A stretch of DNA of 64,000 nucleotides from Candidatus Lustribacter sp. Its GTDB lineage: Bacteria; Vulcanimicrobiota; Vulcanimicrobiia; Vulcanimicrobiales; Vulcanimicrobiaceae. Shown in pieces: positions 28,222 through 37,395 of this stretch. Below the pieces are notes generated by a model that was given only the letters and a program-made list of their open reading frames with translations, was not told the DNA's origin and ran no database searches. Every line of letters starts with the position of its first letter. The stretch's first letter is position 1. The stretch is taken from assembly GCA_965277805.1 (NCBI GenBank), contig OZ255842.1, forward strand, positions 3,584,001-3,648,000, in the 5' to 3' direction. The position numbers were made by a program, and so were the translations under genes.

Positions 28222-28662
28222 TTATGCGGCTACGCGGTGCGGGACCGAGCGCTTTTCGTCGAGATCGAGCAGATCGGCCCACGACGTGACGTCGGTGCGA
28301 TCCGGCGCGACTTCGCTGCGCAGTTTGAGGAAGTACTCCTCGCCCTTCGAACCCGGCTCCGGCGCATGCTTCAGCCAATCGCGATTGAACGTTTCGATTT
28401 CGCTGTCTTCCTTCGCATGCACGTACGGCGCGACGAACTCGCTGATCTCGCCGTCGTTGCTCGCGCTCTTGATCACATCGAGCAGCGTGTCGCCGTCGAG
28501 ATCGAGAAATTCGAACAAGTGCTTGTCCATCGGACAATCGTACACGTACTCGCCGATCGTTCCCGCGGCCTGAGCCTTGCCTTTGTCGATCGTGCGCTTG
28601 AGTTGCACGATGCCGTGCATCTGTTCACGAACGCTGGCGGGATAAGACTTGGTGAGATCCAT
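28222..28662 (-). CDS. DUF5069-like protein
   Basis: MDLTKSYPASVRE...GIVQLKRTIDKGKA...GEYVYDCPMD...TSWADLLDLDE. Confidence 0.7.
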   Translation of the reverse strand: MDLTKSYPASVREQMHGIVQLKRTIDKGKAQAAGTIGEYVYDCPMDKHLFEFLDLDGDTLLDVIKSASNDGEISEFVAPYVHAKEDSEIETFNRDWLKHAPEPGSKGEEYFLKLRSEVAPDRTDVTSWADLLDLDEKRSVPHRVAA

Positions 28663-28745
28663 GCGTGACTTTCCGTTCGGCGAAGGTGGTATGGAACTGA
28701 ATCGTACGATTGGACTGTTCGCTGTGCTGCCGGTACGCGACCTGG

Positions 28746-28776
28746 GTGGCTGCCCCCCGACAAGCTCGGGGTGGCA
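28746..28776 (+). repeat. REP-like dispersed repeat, degenerate copy
   Basis: GTGGCTGCCCCCCGACAAGCTCGGGGTGGCA, just downstream of the lysS stop. Confidence 0.8.
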
Positions 28777-28779
28777 ATC

Positions 28780-30270
28780 TTACGACAGGGGACGCTGGAG
28801 CGGGAAGAGGACGACGTCGCGGATCGATGCGTTGTTCGTGAGGAGCATGACCAGCCGGTCGACGCCGATGCCGATCCCGGCCGTCGGGGGCATGCCGTAT
28901 TCCAAGGCGTTCACGAAGTCCCAGTCGGGCGGCGGAACTTCGTCGTCGCCCGCCGCGCGTTCGGCGACTTGCAGCTCGAAGCGCCGCCGCTGATCGTCGG
29001 GATCGTTCAGCTCGGTGAAGGCGTTGGCGACCTCCATCGACGCGCAGAAGAGCTCGTAGCGGTCCGTGAGCTCGGGGTCGCCGGCCTTGCGCTTCGCCAG
29101 CGGCGAGAGCACGACCGGATAGTCGTGCACGAACGTCGGGTGCAATAACTCGGGCTCGACGACGCGCTCGAAAATCTTGTCGAGCGCGTGGGCGTGCGAG
29201 GGCGACGTCGGCAAACCGAACTCTTGCAAAATCTGCTGCGCGCCGCCGAACGAGAGCAGTTTCTCGCGTTCGAGGCCGCCGAATTCTTTCATCGCGTCGA
29301 GATACGCAATGCGCGCAAACGGACGCTTGAACGAGATCGCGTCTTCTTTGTACATTAGCGTGTCGCTGCCGTGTACGTCGTTCACCAGATGCGACATCAG
29401 CGCTTCGTTGAATTCCATCATCTCGTGCACGGACCAATAGGCCGCGTAAAGTTCGAGCATGGTGAACTCGGGGTTGTGCGTGGTGTCGATTCCCTCGTTG
29501 CGGAAGATCCGGCCGATCTCATAGACGCGTTCGAGGCCGCCGACGATCAGGCGCTTGAGGTTGAGCTCGGTCGCGATGCGCAGCGTCATCTCGATGTCGA
29601 GCGCGTTGACGTGCGTGATGAACGGGCGCGCGGCCGCGCCGCCGGCGATGTTGAGCAGCGTCGGCGTTTCGCACTCATAGAAACCTTGCGCGTCGATGAA
29701 GCGGCGCATCGCGGCGATGATCTTGCTGCGCTGCATGAACACGTCGCGCACGTGCGGGTTGACGATCAGATCGACGTACCGCTGGCGGTAGCGCTTTTCG
29801 ATGTCGACCAGGCCATGCCACTTGTCGGGCAGCGGCGCGAGGCCTTTGCTCAGCACCTCGAAGGACTGCACGTGCAGCGCGAGGTCGCCCATCTTCGTGC
29901 GAAACACGAAGCCGCGCGCGCCGATGAAGTCACCGCGGTCGAGCGATTTGAGCAGCGTGAAGGCTTCGCCCAGTTCTTTTTTTGCGAAGTAGAGCTGAAA
30001 GCGTCCGGTGCGGTCGGAGACGTCGGCGAACGGGCCGCGCAGGGACATCACGCGACCGGCGATTTGCCACACGTCGGATTCGGCGTGCTCTTCAGGCCCG
30101 AGCTTCCCGTACTTTTCCGCTAAGTCGCCGGCGTGCGCGGTGACGTCATAACGCGTTGCGGCAAACGGGTCGACGCCATGTGAACGAAGGGCGGCCAGGT
30201 TTGCACGCCTGGCCGCTATCAGCTCTGCTTCGCGTTTCCCGTGCTCGCCGGGATCGGTCGAATCGTCTAC
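28780..30270 (-). CDS. lysS: Lysine--tRNA ligase (class II); start unresolved
   Basis: LPDKWHGL, RYRQRYVDL, GGAAARPF, FRNEGID..HNPEFTMLE, YGMPPTAGIGIGVDRL. Homologous sequence (ELIAARRANLAALRSHGVDPF) continues in frame for about 66 codons upstream of the first GTG at 30072. Confidence 0.95.
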   Translation of the reverse strand, partial: VDDSTDPGEHGKREAELIAARRANLAALRSHGVDPFAATRYDVTAHAGDLAEKYGKLGPEEHAESDVWQIAGRVMSLRGPFADVSDRTGRFQLYFAKKELGEAFTLLKSLDRGDFIGARGFVFRTKMGDLALHVQSFEVLSKGLAPLPDKWHGLVDIEKRYRQRYVDLIVNPHVRDVFMQRSKIIAAMRRFIDAQGFYECETPTLLNIAGGAAARPFITHVNALDIEMTLRIATELNLKRLIVGGLERVYEIGRIFRNEGIDTTHNPEFTMLELYAAYWSVHEMMEFNEALMSHLVNDVHGSDTLMYKEDAISFKRPFARIAYLDAMKEFGGLEREKLLSFGGAQQILQEFGLPTSPSHAHALDKIFERVVEPELLHPTFVHDYPVVLSPLAKRKAGDPELTDRYELFCASMEVANAFTELNDPDDQRRRFELQVAERAAGDDEVPPPDWDFVNALEYGMPPTAGIGIGVDRLVMLLTNNASIRDVVLFPLQRPLS

Positions 30271-30773
30271 GATGCTTTTTTCGCCACTTTCTTCGTTGCT
30301 TTGTTGATCGCTTCGATCTTGTATTTCATCGAGCCGCGCGGCGTCGTGACGTCGACGGTCTCGCCGTTCTTGTGACCCATCAGCGCTGCGCCGACCGGCG
30401 ATTCGTTCGAGAGGCGCGCGTTCTTCGGATCGGCTTCGGCCGAACCGACGATCGTGAACTCGTGCGAGCGGCCGGAGACCAGCTCTTTCACTTTCACCGT
30501 CGCACCGAGGTGGACGGCATCGGCGACGAAGTCGCTCTGATCGATGATGCGCGCGTTGCGGATCATCGACTCGAGTTTGAGGACGCGTCCTTCCACGAAG
30601 GCCTGTTCTTGCTTCGCGTCTTCGTACTCGGCGTTTTCCGAGATGTCGCCGAACTCTTTGGCTTGGCGAATGCGTTCGTTGACTTCCCGGCGGTGGACGG
30701 TCTTCAACTCGTCGAGCTCGTCCTCGAGCTTTTTGAGTCCGTCGCGCGTCAGAATGATCTCTTTGTCGTTCAA
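30267..30773 (-). CDS. greA: Transcription elongation factor GreA
   Basis: LTRDGLKKLEDELDELK, AKEFGDISENAEYEDAK, LSNESPVGAALMG. Confidence 0.97.
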   Translation of the reverse strand: MNDKEIILTRDGLKKLEDELDELKTVHRREVNERIRQAKEFGDISENAEYEDAKQEQAFVEGRVLKLESMIRNARIIDQSDFVADAVHLGATVKVKELVSGRSHEFTIVGSAEADPKNARLSNESPVGAALMGHKNGETVDVTTPRGSMKYKIEAINKATKKVAKKAS

Positions 30774-30847
30774 AACCGACTCCTGGGACTATGCGCCCGA
30801 GCGCAACAAAACGCTGCGACTCTTAAGGAAATATCGACCGCCGCAGT

Positions 30848-32173
30848 TCAAAGCTGAGGGGCGGAGGACCTGCCCCGGGCGCGCCAGACGGCGAACGGCA
30901 CCCCCAGAATTGCCGTCACCAGCAAGAAAAGCTGGGTCGGCCGGTCGCTCTCCGCTACCGATACGGTAAGCACGCCGGCCAGCGCCAGCGTGGCGAGCGC
31001 GGGCAGGATCACGCCGTCGATCCAGGCCGTGCGTGCCAGCACGAAGATCCGCACCGCCGCCGCGGCGCTCAGCAAGAAGAGCACGCCCAGAAACAGTGCC
31101 GTGCCGCTAAGAATGAAGTCGAACGCCGCGCGCACGCTCGGAAAGAACGCACAAGCAACCAGTCCGGCGACACCCAATGCGGTGAGCAAGCCGACCGCGA
31201 ACGCCGGCTGCGCGCGCAGGTCGAGCGTGCCGAAGCGTTCCGGCAGCACGCCGTCGCGCCCCATCGCGTAGAAGCTGCGGCTGAGATAGACCAGCGTCGT
31301 TTGCAGCGATGCCGCCAGCGACACGAGCACAGTCACCGTGATCGCGATGCGCCATGCGCCGCCGCCGATCGCGTCGCCGACGTACGCCAGCGCATCGCCC
31401 TCGTGCGCGGCGAAGCCGTCGAGCGTGCCGACGCGCAGAAACGCCGTCATGCAGATCCACAGCACGGCGGCGGTCAGCAAGAGCCCGGCAAGCCCGCCCG
31501 CGCCCGGCGCAGTGCTCCCATCGTACGCCTCCTCGGCGGTCGATGCGGAAACTTCCCAACCATCGATCATCCAGATGCCGATCGCGACCGCGGCGATCAA
31601 TTCCCCCACCGAGGGCGGTGGAGCGAAGCTGGCGGCGTGCGCGGCCGGTGCGTGCAGTGCCGCTACCGTCGCCGCAACGGCAAGGAGCACCAGCTCCGCG
31701 ATCGCGAGCGCGTTCGCCGTACGCGAGGTCGGCCGCAAGCCGCCGTAGAGCAGCAGGCCCGACGCCAGCACCCAGGCCGCGCCGGCGAGCCCGTCGGCCA
31801 CCGGCGTGCTTTGCAGACCGGGCACGGCCAGCGCGAGCAGCGAGAGCGTGTACGCGCCGGCGGGCAGCGCGGTCGCGACGATCGCGAACAGGTTCGCCGC
31901 GATCAGCACCCAGGCCGCATACGCGCCGACGTACCGGCCGAACGCTAGCCGCACCCACGTGTACGCGGACCCGGCGTCGGGATAGCGCGAACCCAGCCGG
32001 CGGTACGAGATCGCGACGCACACCATGATCGCGGTGACGACGACGAGCGCGAGCGGCGTCGCGCTGCCGCCGGCCGCGACCATCGGACCGAACGCGGTTG
32101 CGAGCGAAAACGCCGGGCCGATCGCCGCGGCGGCGATCAGCAGCAGATCGCCGAAGCCGAGGACGCGGCGCAC
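30848..32173 (-). CDS. APC-family amino acid/polyamine permease
   Basis: About 12 TM segments; IGPAFSL, YPDAGSAYTW, GWEVSASTAEEA, YAMGRDGVLP. Confidence 0.88.
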   Translation of the reverse strand: MRRVLGFGDLLLIAAAAIGPAFSLATAFGPMVAAGGSATPLALVVVTAIMVCVAISYRRLGSRYPDAGSAYTWVRLAFGRYVGAYAAWVLIAANLFAIVATALPAGAYTLSLLALAVPGLQSTPVADGLAGAAWVLASGLLLYGGLRPTSRTANALAIAELVLLAVAATVAALHAPAAHAASFAPPPSVGELIAAVAIGIWMIDGWEVSASTAEEAYDGSTAPGAGGLAGLLLTAAVLWICMTAFLRVGTLDGFAAHEGDALAYVGDAIGGGAWRIAITVTVLVSLAASLQTTLVYLSRSFYAMGRDGVLPERFGTLDLRAQPAFAVGLLTALGVAGLVACAFFPSVRAAFDFILSGTALFLGVLFLLSAAAAVRIFVLARTAWIDGVILPALATLALAGVLTVSVAESDRPTQLFLLVTAILGVPFAVWRARGRSSAPQL

Positions 32174-32176
32174 GCC

Positions 32177-33601
32177 CTACGTTTCGCGCAGGCGCGAGTG
32201 ACGGTAACCGTAGGCCGCGTACACGCCGACGCCGACGAGAAACCACACGACGAAGCGGATCCAAGTCAGCGTGCCGAGACCCGTCATCACGAGCAGGCAC
32301 AGGATCGCGCCGAGCGCCGCGGTGACGAGTCCGAAGGGCGCGCGAAAGGGCCGCACCGCGTCCGGTTTGCGCAAGCGCAGCACGAACACGCCGATGCACA
32401 CGATCGTGAACGCGGAGAGCGTGCCGACGTTGACCAGCGCCAGCAATTCCGCAATCGGCAGGATGCCGGCGAGGATCGCGACCAGCACGCCGGTCGTCAT
32501 CGTCGTGATGATCGGCGTGCACGTGCGCGCGTCGACGCGGGCGACGATCGGCGGCAGCATGCGATCGCGCGCCATCACGAAGAAGATCCGGATCTGTCCG
32601 AGCAGCGAGGTGAGCATCACGGTCGTCGTGCCGGCGAAGGCGCCCGCGAACACGACCGCATTCAGCCAACTCGCGTTGCCCGCATGATGCACGGCGTCGG
32701 CCATCGCGGCGTTCGGGTCGACGGTTTTCCACGGCACGATGCCGACCGTGACGTAGGCCGCGAGCATATAGATCACGATGCCGATGATCAGCGACCAGAT
32801 CACGGCCCGCGGCACGTCGCGCACGGGGTTCTTCGCCTCTTCCGATGCGACCGTCACCGTGTCGAAGCCGATGTAGGCGAAAAACACGAGCGCGGCGCCG
32901 GCGATAATCCCGCTGCCGCCGAGCGGAAACGGCGGCATGAAATGCGCCGGCGAGACCGCCCCGAAGAGCGCCAGCACGAACACGATCAGCGCGATGATCT
33001 GAATGCCGACGAAGAGCGTGTTGGTGCGCGTCGATTCGCGAATCCCGATCGCGAGCAGCGCCGAAATACCGAGCACGGCGAGAATCGCCAGCAGATCGAT
33101 CGACGAGTGCGCGAAGTCGATTCCACCCGGCGCGAATACGACGTGCGCGACTTGCAGCGCGGGCGGCAGCGTGATGTGAAACCCGGTGAGGAAACTTTGC
33201 ACCGAGCCCGACCAGGCGGCGGCAGTCGGCGCAACGCTGATGCCGTACTCGAGGATCAAATCCCAGCCGATGATCCAAGCGACGAATTCACCGAGCGTAG
33301 CGTAGGCGTAGGTGTAGGCGCTGCCCGCGATCGGGACCATCGCTGCGAGTTCCGCATAGCACAGCGCGACGAAGATGCAGGCGACGCCGGTGAGTGCGAA
33401 TGACGCCAGCACGCCGCCGGCACCGGCCGCCTGCGCGCCGGAACCGATCGTCGTGAAGATGCCGCCGAGCATCGTGCCGAGGCCGACGCCGATCAGCCCC
33501 GCCACGCCGAGCGCGCGGCGCAGCGGAACGCCGCCTTCGCCGCCGGAGGGCGAGATGCGATCGTACGGCTGCGTCGCGGCGAGCCGCTGCCATACGTTCA
33601 C
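32177..33601 (-). CDS. APC-family (cationic amino acid type) permease
   Basis: GTMLGGIF, LCYAELAAMVPIAGSAYTYAY, FFAYIGFDTV, EEAKNP, MARDRMLP. Confidence 0.93.
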   Translation of the reverse strand: MNVWQRLAATQPYDRISPSGGEGGVPLRRALGVAGLIGVGLGTMLGGIFTTIGSGAQAAGAGGVLASFALTGVACIFVALCYAELAAMVPIAGSAYTYAYATLGEFVAWIIGWDLILEYGISVAPTAAAWSGSVQSFLTGFHITLPPALQVAHVVFAPGGIDFAHSSIDLLAILAVLGISALLAIGIRESTRTNTLFVGIQIIALIVFVLALFGAVSPAHFMPPFPLGGSGIIAGAALVFFAYIGFDTVTVASEEAKNPVRDVPRAVIWSLIIGIVIYMLAAYVTVGIVPWKTVDPNAAMADAVHHAGNASWLNAVVFAGAFAGTTTVMLTSLLGQIRIFFVMARDRMLPPIVARVDARTCTPIITTMTTGVLVAILAGILPIAELLALVNVGTLSAFTIVCIGVFVLRLRKPDAVRPFRAPFGLVTAALGAILCLLVMTGLGTLTWIRFVVWFLVGVGVYAAYGYRHSRLRET

Positions 33602-34509
33602 GAAGCGGCGAGGTTCACGACGCGCGGGCGCAGCTTCAACTCGATCAGCACGCGTTCGTAGTCGGCCGCCGTGACTTCAGCCCACGTTTTTCCGAGCAGC
33701 GCGAGCAGTGCCGCCTCGACGACGTTCGTGCCGAACGAGCGGCCGTCGAAATCGGGCGTCGTCGTGACCAGCATCGCGACGCCGCGCGTGCGCAGCTCTT
33801 CGACGTCGTTGGCGGTGAGGGTATTGGTCAGCACCATCTTGCCGTCGAGCCGGTCTGGCATGTACTGCCGCATGAAGTGGAAGTCGCCGGCGATGATATC
33901 GGCGTCGTCGTAGTATTCGGGATACTTGGGCTCGGGCTTGCGGTCTTGCTTCTTGCCGGTGGGATAGAAGAACTGAAACGGCAGCTTGCAGGCATCGGGC
34001 AGATACTTGCGCGCCATCTCTTCAAATTCATCGAGGCCGCGCACCGGCCGGTCGAGATCGAGCGCGAAGATGAAATCTCCGAAGATCATGTCGGCCCCGG
34101 CCGCCACCAAGGCCTGCGCCATTCCGAACCGGTCGAGCGCGCTGACCATCAGCACGCGCTTCCCGCCGAGCTCCATCCCGAGTTCACGCTGCAGATACTC
34201 CACCGCTTCGCGCTCGAGCGTATTCTTGAGCCCGCTACCGTCGACCACCGGCGTCTTCTTCACCGCATTCAACAGCCGCAGCCCGTCTTTCAACGCGAAC
34301 CGCTGCGTGCCGGCATACAAATACACATCGATCCCGCCGAGCCCGATCGCATCGACCGTCCCATCCAACTCGCGCAACCGCTTGAGCGCGCGATCGATGC
34401 TCCCGTCCATCCCCTCCCGAGAAATAGCAAACTGCTCCCCCAACAACTCCACCATCGCCCGATGATCCCGCGACGAAGACCCGAGACTAACCGAAACAAT
34501 CGTCTTCAT
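33598..34509 (-). CDS. Conserved protein of unknown function (family often auto-labelled 'quinate 5-dehydrogenase')
   Basis: MKTIVSVSLGSSSRDH, LDGTVDAIGLGGID, PVVDGSGLKNTLE, GRSFGTNVVEA. The family label is recalled, not searched. Confidence 0.65.
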   Translation of the reverse strand: MKTIVSVSLGSSSRDHRAMVELLGEQFAISREGMDGSIDRALKRLRELDGTVDAIGLGGIDVYLYAGTQRFALKDGLRLLNAVKKTPVVDGSGLKNTLEREAVEYLQRELGMELGGKRVLMVSALDRFGMAQALVAAGADMIFGDFIFALDLDRPVRGLDEFEEMARKYLPDACKLPFQFFYPTGKKQDRKPEPKYPEYYDDADIIAGDFHFMRQYMPDRLDGKMVLTNTLTANDVEELRTRGVAMLVTTTPDFDGRSFGTNVVEAALLALLGKTWAEVTAADYERVLIELKLRPRVVNLAAS

Positions 34510-34513
34510 TCCA

Positions 34514-34544
34514 TGTCATCCCGAGCTTGTCGAGGGACCGCCAC
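34514..34544 (-). repeat. REP-like dispersed repeat, exact reverse-complement copy
   Basis: TGTCATCCCGAGCTTGTCGAGGGACCGCCAC fills most of a 40-bp intergenic gap. Confidence 0.93.
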
Positions 34545-34549
34545 AATCT

Positions 34550-35659
34550 TCATCGTGTTGCCGCTTTTCGGGCGTCGGCGGCGGCGCGGGTGGCGGCGAT
34601 GCTTTCGGGGGAGATGACTTTGTCGAAGGCTCGCATGTCGGCGAGTTCGAAGCCGGCGCGGGCGGCGAGGGTATCGATTTCGCGGACTTTTTCGAGATTG
34701 ACGCCGCGTCCGACGGTGTAGGATTCGCAGCGGTTTTCGAGTGCGAGAACCATCGTTTCCGACATGCATGCAAGCGCGGTACCGGGTGATAGCGCGAGGT
34801 CGAAGTCGGTGCCGGGTTCGCGCACGCGTTCGGCCCGGAACGAACCCGGGACGCGCATGTTGCCGCCTTCGACGACCAGCACGTCGGGCCGCTCGAGTGC
34901 AACGCGGCGGCTCACATCGTGTGGCAGCGAAACCTCGCACACGACCGCGCCCGGGCGCAAATTCTCAGGCTCAATCACGTCCTGCGTAGACGATGTCGCG
35001 GTCAAGATGAGGTCTGATTCGCGCAACGCGGCGGCAAGATCGACCGTGTAGCGTAATTCGCACTTCACCCGCGGCTGCAAATCGGCCACGAGTGCCTTCA
35101 ATCGCGTCTCGTTTCGGGCGACACAAATCACCGTGTGGACGCGGTCCCCGATCAATTGCACGCAGGCCGCGCCGATCGACCCGGTCGCTCCCACTACAAC
35201 GGCCGTCGACGTTGCAACATCGATGCCCATCTCATCGGCGCCACGAAAGAGCCCGCGCACGGCCGCCGCGATCGTCAGCGAATTCCCGGTCGTCACCGGA
35301 ATCGGCGAACGTTCGGCAATCGTCACGCCGCCGTCACCGACGACGCCGGTAAAGGCACCGAGGCCGGCCACCTTCGCGCCAAGCGATACGCCCACGTCGA
35401 TCGCCGCGAGTATCCGCGCATACACATCATCGCGCGGAAACGCGAGCATCTGCTCCGGGAGCAAGGGCGCGGCAACGAACCAGCCTTCGGTTTCGCGCCC
35501 ATCCGGGGTTCGTATCCCGGTGAGGTGAGCCGCCGCATAGGCCGGCATCCACTCCAGGATCTTGGCCACGATCGGCTTCCCCTTGCCGGCCGCGCCCGGC
35601 TCGTAGCGGATCACGTCCTCGAACGACAGGGGATGGATAACGAAACAGAACGGGACCAT
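34550..35659 (-). CDS. Acyl-ACP-reductase-like NAD(P)-dependent oxidoreductase
   Basis: FCFVIHPL, GLGAFTGVV, TTGNSLT, VVGATGSIG (Rossmann), ACMSETMVLALE (Cys at the position of the AAR catalytic Cys motif). Confidence 0.75.
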   Translation of the reverse strand: MVPFCFVIHPLSFEDVIRYEPGAAGKGKPIVAKILEWMPAYAAAHLTGIRTPDGRETEGWFVAAPLLPEQMLAFPRDDVYARILAAIDVGVSLGAKVAGLGAFTGVVGDGGVTIAERSPIPVTTGNSLTIAAAVRGLFRGADEMGIDVATSTAVVVGATGSIGAACVQLIGDRVHTVICVARNETRLKALVADLQPRVKCELRYTVDLAAALRESDLILTATSSTQDVIEPENLRPGAVVCEVSLPHDVSRRVALERPDVLVVEGGNMRVPGSFRAERVREPGTDFDLALSPGTALACMSETMVLALENRCESYTVGRGVNLEKVREIDTLAARAGFELADMRAFDKVISPESIAATRAAADARKAATR

Positions 35660-35671
35660 GCCCGGCTAGTC

Positions 35672-36133
35672 TTAGCGAACGACGCGCCGCGCCCTAGCCG
35701 ACGTTTCCGCCTCTGCCTTGAGCGCGGCCAGCATCATCTCGGCGTTTTCGCGGACTTTTTTCTCCAGGGTCGGGCCGATCAGTTCGGCTAAGGTCGGCAC
35801 GCCGAAGTCGTAGGTTACGTCGAGCGTGACCAGCGTGCCGGCGGGGTCGGAGACGAACGTCCAGGCGCCTTCGAAGGTGTCGAGGTCGCCTTCGAGCAGT
35901 TTGTAGTCGATGCGCAGCGCGGCGTCATCGAAGCGGTCTTCTTCGAGCCACTCGATCGGCGCGTCTTCGATCAGCGTTTTCCAGCGCGTCAGCACGCGGT
36001 CATCGTGGCGCTCGACGACCGTCACCGATTCGACGTCGGGCATGAACTGCGGAAAGCGTTCCTGATCCTTGGCGAGTTCGTAAATCAGCGCGGCGGGCGC
36101 GTCGATCACGATCGAGGTGGCTACGTAGGGCAC
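35672..36133 (-). CDS. SRPBCC/START-fold (Coq10/polyketide-cyclase-like) protein
   Basis: IYELAKDQERFPQFMPDVESV, LEGDLDTFEGAWTF. Confidence 0.85.
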   Translation of the reverse strand: MPYVATSIVIDAPAALIYELAKDQERFPQFMPDVESVTVVERHDDRVLTRWKTLIEDAPIEWLEEDRFDDAALRIDYKLLEGDLDTFEGAWTFVSDPAGTLVTLDVTYDFGVPTLAELIGPTLEKKVRENAEMMLAALKAEAETSARARRVVR

Positions 36134-37395
36134 GCGAGAACTCCGAGACGTTCGACTGCCACCGCGACGGCTTCATCGAACGCCCGCAGCGCCGTCGCGA
36201 TTTGCGTCGCATCGACGATCAACGGGGGCTCGAGGCGGATCACACGCTGCTGGTTCAGCGTCCAAGCCGCCGTGACGCCACGCTTGAGCAGTTCGGGGAT
36301 GATCGTACCGCCATACCCTTCGTTGCGCAGTTCGACACCAACCAGCAATCCGACGCCGCGGACATCGGCGATGACATCCTGGTAATTTGCTGCGATCTCG
36401 CGTGCGCCGGCCAGCAGTTCGGCGCCGCGCGCCCGCGCGTTGGCGGCGAGGTCATCCTCAACCAGCACGTCGAGTGCAGCGAGCGCCGCCGCACAGGCTA
36501 GCGGGTTCCCACCGAAGGTGGAGGTGTGCAGTAGCGGGTCCTTCGCGTAGGCCGCGTTCCACACGGCCGGGCGCGCGACGTACGCGCCGATGGGCATCAC
36601 GCCACCGGATAGCCCTTTGGCGAGCGTCATCACGTCGGGTACGACGCCGGCCAGATCGCAGGCGAAGAGCGCACCGCAGCGGCCGAGGCCGGTCTGCACT
36701 TCATCGGCGATAAAAACCGCGCCCGACCGGTCGCACAACTCGCGGACGCCGCGCAGATACGCGGGCGGCGGGACGTTGACGCCGCCCTCGCCTTGCACGG
36801 GTTCGACGATCACGGCCGCCGCATCGTCGACCAGTGCCGCGAGCGCCGCGAGATCGCCGAACGGCGCGTGCACCACATCGGCGAGCAGCGGCGCGAACGG
36901 CGCGCGGAACGCGTCGCGTCCGCTGACCGACAGCGCGCCGAACGTCTTGCCATGAAACGCGCCGTGCGTACCGACGAGCTTCGTACGCTTCGTCGCGGCG
37001 CGCGCGAGCTTGAGCGCGCCCTCGACCGCTTCCGTTCCGCTATTGGCAAAAAACGAAATCTTCAAATCGCCCGGCGTCAGCTCGGCGAGCCGTTTCGCCA
37101 AGCGTCCCAAGAGCGGGTTGAACATCGTGCGGCCCGACAGCGCCATTTCATCGAGCTGCGCGCGCACCGCCGCGACGACGCGCGGATGGCGATAACCCAC
37201 CGTGAACACGCCGTACCCGCCGGCGAAATCGAGGTAACGTTTGCCGTTGTGATCGACGATCGTCACGCCCTGCGCCGACACTTCGACCGGGCTGCCGGAG
37301 AGCTTCATCACCCGCGCGAGCGGCGGGTTTACGTATTCGCGATAATTCTCGTACGTCTCGTCGTAAAGAGCCTGCGCGTCAGCGCCGTCGGTCAC
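36121..37395 (-). CDS. Class III PLP-dependent aminotransferase
   Basis: GTG at 37395; NSGTEAVEGALKLA, FHGKTFG, EPVQGEGG, DEVQTGLGR, TLAKGLSGG, STFGGNPLA. Confidence 0.93.
   Translation of the reverse strand: MTDGADAQALYDETYENYREYVNPPLARVMKLSGSPVEVSAQGVTIVDHNGKRYLDFAGGYGVFTVGYRHPRVVAAVRAQLDEMALSGRTMFNPLLGRLAKRLAELTPGDLKISFFANSGTEAVEGALKLARAATKRTKLVGTHGAFHGKTFGALSVSGRDAFRAPFAPLLADVVHAPFGDLAALAALVDDAAAVIVEPVQGEGGVNVPPPAYLRGVRELCDRSGAVFIADEVQTGLGRCGALFACDLAGVVPDVMTLAKGLSGGVMPIGAYVARPAVWNAAYAKDPLLHTSTFGGNPLACAAALAALDVLVEDDLAANARARGAELLAGAREIAANYQDVIADVRGVGLLVGVELRNEGYGGTIIPELLKRGVTAAWTLNQQRVIRLEPPLIVDATQIATALRAFDEAVAVAVERLGVLACPT

Noticed and set aside
28710-28721. Palindrome AATCGTACGATT upstream of the DUF5069-like gene
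   Set aside because: It could be an operator, but it is a single 12-bp instance with no linked regulator.
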